Positions 26,193-32,000 of a stretch of 32,000 nucleotides of DNA are shown here, piece after piece. Every line of letters starts with the position of its first letter. Within the stretch, counting starts at the first letter, position 1. The DNA is taken from assembly GCF_018398935.1 (NCBI RefSeq), contig NZ_CP074694.1, positions 6,390,001 to 6,422,000 of the forward strand, given 5' to 3'. The notes beneath the pieces were generated by a model, which saw only the letters and a list, made by a program, of their open reading frames with translations, was not told the origin of the DNA and searched no databases. This DNA is from Telmatocola sphagniphila. GTDB taxonomy: Bacteria; Planctomycetota; Planctomycetia; Gemmatales; Gemmataceae. A program made the position numbers and the translations under genes.

Positions 26193-27379
26193 GTACCACG
26201 AAAATTGCTGAATATCTCAAGGGCCAACTCGAAGGGCTGAAGCAACAGGGTCTTTACAAGAAAGAACGGTTGATTCAGTCCCCTCAGAACTCGGCCATTC
26301 GGGTGAATGGCAAAGAAGTTATCAACTTCTGCGCCAACAACTATCTGGGATTGGCCAATCATCCCGATATTGTCGCGGCTGCCAAGCACGGGCTCGAACA
26401 CTACGGCTACGGGCTTTCCTCGGTACGCTTCATTTGTGGAACTCAGGAGATCCATAAAGAACTGGAACAAAAAATCGCCAAGTTCTTTGGTAAAGAAGAC
26501 ACGATTCTTTACATCTCCTGCTTCGATGCCAACGGTGGACTTTTCGAACCGCTACTGGGGGAAGAAGATGCCATTCTTTCCGACGAACTGAATCACGCCA
26601 GCATCATCGATGGCGTACGGCTGTGCAAGGCAAAGCGATTCCGCTACAAGCACAACGACATGACCGATCTCAAACGTTGTCTGGAAGAAGCCAAATCTTG
26701 CCGCTTCAAGATGATCTTTTCGGATAGCGTGTTCTCGATGGACGGCGATCTCGCCAAGCTTCCGGAAATCTGCGATCTGGCCGATCAGTACGATGCCATT
26801 GTCGCCGTGGACGATTGTCACGGCAGCGGCCATCTCGGTAAGGGAGGCCGTGGGGCTGCGGAAGAGCTAGGCGTTTTGAATCGGATCGACATTATTACCA
26901 GTACTTTGGGCAAGACTCTGGGTGGGGCTTCGGGTGGCTTCACCACCGGCAAAGCGGAAATTGTCGACTGGCTTCGAAATCGTTCGAGACCTTACTTGTT
27001 CAGCAATTCCATTCCTCCGCTACTAGTCGCGGCCGGGATTAAGACTTTGGAAGTGATCGAAAAATCGACCGATCTTCGAGACCGCGTGCAAGCGAACACC
27101 AAAAAGATGCGCTCGGCCTTGGAAGGGGTTGGTTTCTCGATCAAACCCGGACCGACACCCATTCTCCCGGTGATGCTCGGGGATGCGGCTCTGGCGACCA
27201 AGATGGCCGAGAAATTACTGGAACATGGTATCTATGTGATCGGCTTCAGCTATCCGGTAGTACCGCACGGGCGGGCGCGGATACGCATGCAGATCTCCGC
27301 AGCGCATACCGATGCTCAGATCGATCAGGCCATTGCCGCGTTTACGCAGGTCGGTAAAGAGTTGGGAATTTTGAAGTAG
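26189..27379 (+). CDS. kbl: glycine C-acetyltransferase (2-amino-3-ketobutyrate CoA ligase)
   Basis: The match to my memory of E. coli Kbl is close: [61 protein letters not shown], and the PLP-Lys context [10 protein letters not shown]. Its ATG overlaps the DedA stop as ATGA (26189-26192). Confidence 0.9.
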   Translation: MSTTKIAEYLKGQLEGLKQQGLYKKERLIQSPQNSAIRVNGKEVINFCANNYLGLANHPDIVAAAKHGLEHYGYGLSSVRFICGTQEIHKELEQKIAKFFGKEDTILYISCFDANGGLFEPLLGEEDAILSDELNHASIIDGVRLCKAKRFRYKHNDMTDLKRCLEEAKSCRFKMIFSDSVFSMDGDLAKLPEICDLADQYDAIVAVDDCHGSGHLGKGGRGAAEELGVLNRIDIITSTLGKTLGGASGGFTTGKAEIVDWLRNRSRPYLFSNSIPPLLVAAGIKTLEVIEKSTDLRDRVQANTKKMRSALEGVGFSIKPGPTPILPVMLGDAALATKMAEKLLEHGIYVIGFSYPVVPHGRARIRMQISAAHTDAQIDQAIAAFTQVGKELGILK

Positions 27380-27388
27380 AAAAGTTCG

Positions 27389-27433
27389 GCTGATCGGGTC
27401 GGGGGGCTACGGGGCAATTCCGACACGATCAGC
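27389..27433. terminator. long stem-loop between convergent kbl and response-regulator genes (possible bidirectional terminator)
   Basis: GCTGATCGGGTCGG (27389-27402) pairs with CCGACACGATCAGC (27420-27433) at 13 of 14 positions, around a 17-nt loop. Only a weak T-run (CTTTTC) follows on the minus-strand side, and none follows on the plus side. Confidence 0.4.
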
Positions 27434-27448
27434 GGAAAATCGGCTCGA

Positions 27449-28180
27449 TTAGTTCAATTCTTTTTTCTGGGGCTGGATGGATTCGAAAAGATCCGCCAAT
27501 CGCAGGCCCAAAGCCAGGCTGATGCGATATAGCGTTTCGATCGAAGCGGAGTTCTTGCCCAGTTCGATCTGGGAGAGATAACCCAGGGAGACGCCCGTTT
27601 TGGCGGACATTTGCTGGAGGGTGAGCTTCAGCAGCTTTCGCCGGTCGCGGATGACGTTGCCCAGCGATTCCCGAAGAGCTTCTTCGGTCATCCGGAGCAA
27701 GCCCTTGTTTTCCAGGCAGCGGACGACGAGACTTCGCAGGTGTTCCATCTGGAACGGCTTGGTCATGTAGTCGTAGGTGCGTGCTCGCAGGCAATTGAGC
27801 GCACTTTCCAGTGTCGGATAGGCCGTGACAACGATGACACTGGCATCCGACTGGTATTCCCGAATCCAGGAGAAAACCTGGTCCGGATTCAATCCCGGCA
27901 GGACGTAGTCCATCAGGATGAGATGATAGGGTTGACCCTTGAGCCATTCTTCTGTGTGGCTGGGATCGGAAAGCGTATCGATAACGAATCCCTGGTCTTT
28001 CAGCATGGTTCGCATCAGATTGCAGGTCTGGGGATCGTCGTCGAGGATGAGCAGTCGAATTTCGGAAGCGGCCAGAAAATCGCCGAGTCCGGATACGTGA
28101 GCCTTCATAGGTCTCGAGTCGAGCATCCCGTTGTTGGCGACAGCGCCATTGATCGGTGGCTCGGCCAGATTAAGAGACAT
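27449..28180 (-). CDS. response regulator, receiver domain fused to an XRE (Cro/C1-type) HTH domain
   Basis: REC motifs are LLILDDDP, the phospho-acceptor context HLILMDYVLPG, VIVVTAY and MTKPF. The C-terminal HTH_3-like segment is IRDRRKLLKLTLQQMSAKTGVSLGYLSQIELGKNSASIETLYRISLALGLRLADLF. Confidence 0.85.
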   Translation of the reverse strand: MSLNLAEPPINGAVANNGMLDSRPMKAHVSGLGDFLAASEIRLLILDDDPQTCNLMRTMLKDQGFVIDTLSDPSHTEEWLKGQPYHLILMDYVLPGLNPDQVFSWIREYQSDASVIVVTAYPTLESALNCLRARTYDYMTKPFQMEHLRSLVVRCLENKGLLRMTEEALRESLGNVIRDRRKLLKLTLQQMSAKTGVSLGYLSQIELGKNSASIETLYRISLALGLRLADLFESIQPQKKELN

Positions 28181-28185
28181 TTTGA

Positions 28186-29433
28186 TTAACCTCCAGTGGT
28201 GTGCGCTACTTCACGGTTTACCGCCGACGTGTTGCGCTTCCGTCCGGCAGCAAGCGGCACGACCACTCGGGCCGTCGTGCCTCGGCTGGGCTGTGAGTCC
28301 AGGCGGATACCCGCGCGGTGGACCCTTAAAATCCTGTAACAAATGGGCAACCCCAACCCCCGGTGTCGGGGTTTGGTTGTTACAAACGGCTCGTGGAAGA
28401 GACGAGGTAAAATATCTTCCCGAATACCGGGGCCTTCATCCGTGATAGTAAACTCGACGTAGGGGCCTGGCACTGGGGAGCCGAGAAAATCGGCATGTTC
28501 GGCCAGGGAAAGCTCAATCAAACGGGATTTCACGGTAACCGTGCCAGGCTTGGGGGAAGCCTCGACGGCGTTATCGATCAGCGAACTCAGTACCAGTTGA
28601 AGGGAACTGGCTTCCAGGGCCACTTCCAGCGAAGCTTTCTCGACATCCAGGACGATATCGGGGTGTTTCGCTTTCTGTTTGTTCAATACATCCTTCGGGC
28701 AGGTCGGCACCGGTTTGACGATCCCACTGCGACTCAAATGGTGCAGTTGCTGGGTGAAAACCAGGCCTCGATTCCCCGCCGTGAGAATCTCCCGCAGGAA
28801 TTCGCCTAATTGCGACTCCGCGGACACCATACTCAACGAGAGCTCGGCAAAGCCGGTCACCCCCGTCAATATGTTGTCGAAATCGTGAGCGATGCGGCCC
28901 GAAAAATGGGCGGCGTCACTCAACCTTTGATCCAACCGGGCCGATTCCCGGCTCAGCGATAGCTTTTCCCGCACTTCATGCGAACGGCCAATATACATAA
29001 CCGCCAGTTGAAAGTGCTGCTCTTGTTCTGGCGTCCAGTCCAGATTCCGCTGGAGCCAGATCAGAACTCGGCTCTCACCTGCCACAATCTGTGTAATACC
29101 CCGCCAATTTTTGTGATTCGGCAAAGTCTGCGGTTCAACCGTCGGCGCTTCGAGACAGACCGCTTTGAGTTCCTCGGGAGAAGGAAGCTTCGCTTCCGAA
29201 CCCATGGCCCGTTGACACATCAGAGTTGTGCCAATCGGCTGTAAGCTCAAGATTCCGGCCTCTTCCGCCAGGAAAAAACGAACTAGCAGTCTCAGCGAAC
29301 GATCGAGATTGGCGGTTTCCAAATCTCGAAAAAGCGATAATAATTCCGTTGAATGCATGTCGCTGTTCAACCGATCCACTAAAAGCTCATCCACTTCCGC
29401 GGGCAATCGGTTTGCGGGGTGGCGATATTTCAC
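28186..29433 (-). CDS. cytoplasmic sensor histidine kinase
   Basis: The H-box is GRIAHDFDNILTGVTGFAELS, the N-box LIDNAVEAS, G1 TDEGPGI and G2 HRGLGLPICYRI. There are no TM helices, and the N-terminal ~170 aa are an unassigned sensor region. The start is a GTG at 29433 without an SD, with an alternative ATG at 29358. Five nt separate its stop from the regulator ATG. Confidence 0.8.
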   Translation of the reverse strand: MKYRHPANRLPAEVDELLVDRLNSDMHSTELLSLFRDLETANLDRSLRLLVRFFLAEEAGILSLQPIGTTLMCQRAMGSEAKLPSPEELKAVCLEAPTVEPQTLPNHKNWRGITQIVAGESRVLIWLQRNLDWTPEQEQHFQLAVMYIGRSHEVREKLSLSRESARLDQRLSDAAHFSGRIAHDFDNILTGVTGFAELSLSMVSAESQLGEFLREILTAGNRGLVFTQQLHHLSRSGIVKPVPTCPKDVLNKQKAKHPDIVLDVEKASLEVALEASSLQLVLSSLIDNAVEASPKPGTVTVKSRLIELSLAEHADFLGSPVPGPYVEFTITDEGPGIREDILPRLFHEPFVTTKPRHRGLGLPICYRILRVHRAGIRLDSQPSRGTTARVVVPLAAGRKRNTSAVNREVAHTTGG

Positions 29434-29618
29434 GTTATGCCGAGAGAACGAATTTTTCTGCTACAGGGAACCTAGTTCGCTGGCGCATGAAGTCAAATCC
29501 GGAAAATTGAATCGATCATAATGAATTTTTAGATCAGAGAATGTAAGCTGCAGGCGTAATTCGTCTCGAAGAAAAAGTTTGATGCGATCTTTCCGAATGC
29601 AAAATCATGTATCCCGGA

Positions 29619-29633
29619 CTCCGGATTCCGGAG
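29619..29633. promoter_or_regulatory. perfect 15-bp palindrome CTCCGGATTCCGGAG (candidate operator)
   Basis: The 7-1-7 inverted repeat lies in the 517-bp kinase/dgkA divergent intergenic region. It is part of three tandem CCGGA-containing heptads (29613-29633). It sits 186 nt upstream of the kinase start. Confidence 0.3.
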
Positions 29634-29950
29634 CCTCCCCTTGAAACATGGAGGGACAAATTCTGAACCAGACTTGGCCACATTAAGGTACTTAAGCGGT
29701 TCGAAGGCAACTATTTTGGATTCATTTTTAAAATGGTTTTTCCCACCGGCGAATACCTAACAGAGGTTCCTCCGTTTTCAACCCAATAGGACATACTGCT
29801 TTTATCAGGGAACAGTAGTGTCGACCGCTCTGAGCGGAGGGCGTTCATTCGCTTGCGGGGATAGCGGGATTGCAAATAAATTGTGAAGATTGAGTTTGAA
29901 CTTCTGCTTTTGGGGATCAAACAGGACTATTTACCTGCTACAAAATAGTC

Positions 29951-30322
29951 ATGCCATACCCAAAACGACCCCGGACCTGGTGGAATAAATTCCGTGAAGC
30001 TGTCACGGGGATGCTTTATGGATTCCGTCACGAAAAAAGCTTTCGGTTTCAGGTGCCCACGGCCACGGCCTGCGTGCTCTTGGGTATTTATCTCAAGCTG
30101 GAAAGTTGGGAGTGGTGTGCCGTCACTCTTTCCATTGGTTTGGTCCTGACTGCCGAGATGGTGAATACGGCCATTGAAGCGGTTTTTCATGGGCTCGAAG
30201 AGGAAACTCGCTCGCGCTGGAACCCTTGTTTGGATATTGCGGCCGGTGCGGTTCTAGTAGCAGGGATAGCAGCCATCACGATCGGTATAATTATCTTCGG
30301 TAAACATCTGTCGAACCTTTGA
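29951..30322 (+). CDS. dgkA: diacylglycerol kinase family membrane protein (prokaryotic DgkA type)
   Basis: The 123-aa product has three hydrophobic helices. DgkA-type strings are FRHEKSFRFQ, LVLTAEMVNTAIEAV and LDIAAGAVLVAG. Confidence 0.8.
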   Translation: MPYPKRPRTWWNKFREAVTGMLYGFRHEKSFRFQVPTATACVLLGIYLKLESWEWCAVTLSIGLVLTAEMVNTAIEAVFHGLEEETRSRWNPCLDIAAGAVLVAGIAAITIGIIIFGKHLSNL

Positions 30323-30375
30323 ATTTGAATGTGACCTCAAGCTCGACCGCGCTATTCCGTAAGATAGCAGAACCT

Positions 30376-30405
30376 TTGACACTCAAATCGAACTCTATGT
30401 ATAAT
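30376..30405 (+). promoter_or_regulatory. near-consensus sigma70-type promoter (TTGACA-N18-TATAAT)
   Basis: TTGACA lies at 30376-30381 and TATAAT at 30400-30405. It is about 55 nt upstream of ATG 30461, and AGGGA lies about 9 nt before that ATG. Confidence 0.5.
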
Positions 30406-30460
30406 GCCAATGTCTGGGTCCGATTGGTCGGCAATGCGAAGCCGAATTAGGGAACCTATC

Positions 30461-32000
30461 ATGCTCTGGAAAATCGGTGCTTTGGCCCGGGTAGGCCTAT
30501 TACTAGCAATTATCGCCGGCGCGACCTCCTTCGGAGTATCGCGGCTCCAGGCTCAGGATATAGCTAAAGAATCGCTTTTCATTACCGTGCCCAATCCGAT
30601 CACCGGGACTGCGGTCGAGCAGATCAAATCCTCGCTAGAAAAGATCCGGACGCAACCGAATACTCGCCTCGACACCGTCGTTTTCGACTTCAACCCGGAA
30701 GAGAAAGAGGCCTACTCCAACTCCTACGGCGTGTGCTACGAACTGGCGAACTACATCCGCGATCTGGGCCTGAACGGGACTCGAACAGTCGCTTTCCTCC
30801 AGAATAAAACAACTGGCCATACGGTTCTCCCGGCCATTGCCTGTACCGAACTGGTCATGTCCGACAACGCTTCCATCGGCCAGGTGATCGATTCCAAAGC
30901 GGGAATGCTTCAAAAAGAACAGCTTGACTACTATCTACAGGTGGGACGGAAAGAATTCGAAGGTCTGATTCAGAAGATGCTCGACAAGAACACGGAAGTC
31001 GTCCGGGGCACCCGCAATCAAGCCACGATTTTCTTCGACGGCCGAAAGAAAAATGACCCGGCATATGCAAATGTCTTTAACGTACAACCCGTCGCTGAGA
31101 TGAATCCCGGCTCCGTCGAACTCTACACCGCCAACCGGGCCAGAACCTACGGCCTATGCACCGTTTCGCTCCCTAATAGAGCGCAAGTCGCCGAATGGTA
31201 CGGCGTCAACCTTCGCGGTGACTTTAATCCCAACCGGCCAGCCAAAGCCTGTAAAATCGATGTGGCCGGGGCCATCGATACGGCTTTCCGGGACAAATTG
31301 CACCGCCAGCTTATGGAAGCGGTCCGCCGTAAGGAAAACACGATATTCCTGATCATGAATTCCGATGGCGGCGGCGATGCCAAGATCGCCTATGAAGTCG
31401 CCGAGGAACTCTCGAATCTCATGGATTCCGAGAAGCTGCCGATTCGGACGGTGGCCTATATTCCCCAGCGGGCACCCGATCTGGTCAGTGTTCTGGCTCT
31501 GGCTTGCTCGGAAATCGTCATGTTCAAAGGCAGTCAGCCGGAGAATGAAGCGATTTTGGGAGATTTTGAGAACTATCTGAATAATCCCAATGTGGTAGAT
31601 GGCGGAGCCGCCGACTTTCTGAAGAAAAACCTCCCTGTCTTGTTGAAGGCCCGTGGACTGCCGGAAATTCTGGCGGCGGGACTTTTGAACAAAGATCTCG
31701 AAATCTATCGGGTCAAGAACCAGAAAACGGGAGCCCGAACCTTGATGTCCAAGCCGGAATTCGACCAGAAGAATGCCGATGCCAAGGACTGGATTCGCGA
31801 AGGGACTTTGAAACAGCCGGGCAATTATCTGAAGCTAAATGCCACCCAGGCCAAAGAACTGCGCTTGGCTACCCACTTGGTAGAGAATCGGGATTTCAAG
31901 GATGTGATGGGCAAATATGGCTTTGAAGATGTCCGCGATGCCCAGCCGCACTGGCTGGACAACCTGGCGGCCGTTCTCCGTCGGACCGAGGTTTCGGCAT
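30461..32000 (+). CDS. exported tandem NfeD/ClpP-fold-like protein (3' end outside the window)
   Basis: This ORF is not in the supplied track because it has no stop in the window. My manual translation from ATG 30461 found no stop through 32000 (513 codons). The signal peptide is MLWKIGALARVGLLLAIIAGATSFGVSRLQAQD. There are two ClpP/NfeD-like repeats, and the second contains IFLIMNSDGGGDAKIAYEVAEEL. Confidence 0.6.
   Translation, partial: MLWKIGALARVGLLLAIIAGATSFGVSRLQAQDIAKESLFITVPNPITGTAVEQIKSSLEKIRTQPNTRLDTVVFDFNPEEKEAYSNSYGVCYELANYIRDLGLNGTRTVAFLQNKTTGHTVLPAIACTELVMSDNASIGQVIDSKAGMLQKEQLDYYLQVGRKEFEGLIQKMLDKNTEVVRGTRNQATIFFDGRKKNDPAYANVFNVQPVAEMNPGSVELYTANRARTYGLCTVSLPNRAQVAEWYGVNLRGDFNPNRPAKACKIDVAGAIDTAFRDKLHRQLMEAVRRKENTIFLIMNSDGGGDAKIAYEVAEELSNLMDSEKLPIRTVAYIPQRAPDLVSVLALACSEIVMFKGSQPENEAILGDFENYLNNPNVVDGGAADFLKKNLPVLLKARGLPEILAAGLLNKDLEIYRVKNQKTGARTLMSKPEFDQKNADAKDWIREGTLKQPGNYLKLNATQAKELRLATHLVENRDFKDVMGKYGFEDVRDAQPHWLDNLAAVLRRTEVSA

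Noticed and set aside
782-28189. Many other long shadow ORFs appear in the track, for example 782..1345(-), 2221..3084(-), 4483..5058(-), 7991..8662(-), 13548..13952(-), 15333..15860(+), 25401..26078(-) and 27611..28189(+).
   Set aside because: Each lies wholly inside, and antisense or out of frame to, a gene with clear family motifs. Their translations lack motifs and are compositionally odd (R/G/P/S-rich).
29698-29705. GGTTCGAA, which resembles a tRNA T-loop, raised the possibility of a tRNA or tmRNA-like gene in the intergenic region.
   Set aside because: I could find no complementary T-stem, acceptor stem or anticodon arm around it. Other GGTTCGA occurrences in the window are inside CDSs.
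29711-29920. A 69-aa minus-strand ORF lies in the long kinase/dgkA intergenic region. Several plus-strand mini-ORFs of 12-20 codons are also present there.
   Set aside because: It has a TTG start, no SD, and a basic low-complexity translation with no motif. The mini-ORFs likewise lack ribosome-binding sites. A small protein cannot be excluded without conservation or Ribo-seq data.
1-32000. I searched the whole window for mobile elements, defence systems, CRISPR arrays, toxin-antitoxin pairs, phage genes, rRNA/tRNA genes and long direct or inverted repeats.
   Set aside because: I saw no transposase, integrase, nuclease, helicase or methylase signatures, no repeat-spacer arrays and no compositional island apart from the 517-bp intergenic region. 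The window looks like core chromosome rather than an accessory region.

Overview
This is a densely coding chromosomal segment with about 32 protein genes in 11 alternating strand blocks and very short intergenic spacers. I found no rRNA, tRNA, CRISPR array, transposase, integrase or recognisable defence gene. Most genes are core metabolism or RNA modification. They include an HI0933-type flavoprotein, threonine synthase family enzyme, 5-formyl-THF cyclo-ligase, a long acyl-CoA dehydrogenase, an FAH-family hydrolase, rlmN, miaB, an RluA-family pseudouridine synthase, an amidase, argC, a DedA protein, kbl and dgkA. Between these sit two ECF sigma / anti-sigma / exported-protein modules, a cytoplasmic histidine kinase with a REC-XRE response regulator, an exported HEAT-repeat protein, a short secretin-like protein, a lipoprotein, Pro-rich and coiled-coil membrane proteins, and a tandem NfeD/ClpP-like exported protein that runs off the 3' edge. 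This gene mix, together with weak or absent Shine-Dalgarno sites, suggests a Planctomycetota-like genome, but that is inference only. Four gene junctions use ATGA start/stop overlaps, and three convergent gene pairs have stop codons 0-3 nt apart. I see no clear-cut novel system, and the window reads largely as ordinary core genome. The candidates most worth follow-up are: (1) an RluA - DUF4392 - DUF1445 chain that looks like a split D-glutamate-cyclase homologue, with all three genes linked by ATGA overlaps; (2) a cytoplasmic C39-like Cys/His peptidase coupled by ATGA to the ThrC-family enzyme; (3) the kinase/REC-XRE pair next to the only long (517 bp) AT-richer intergenic region, which carries a perfect 15-bp palindrome; (4) the two parallel ECF modules and an orphan secretin-like gene. 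All functional calls come from motif recognition by eye, because no searches could be run.
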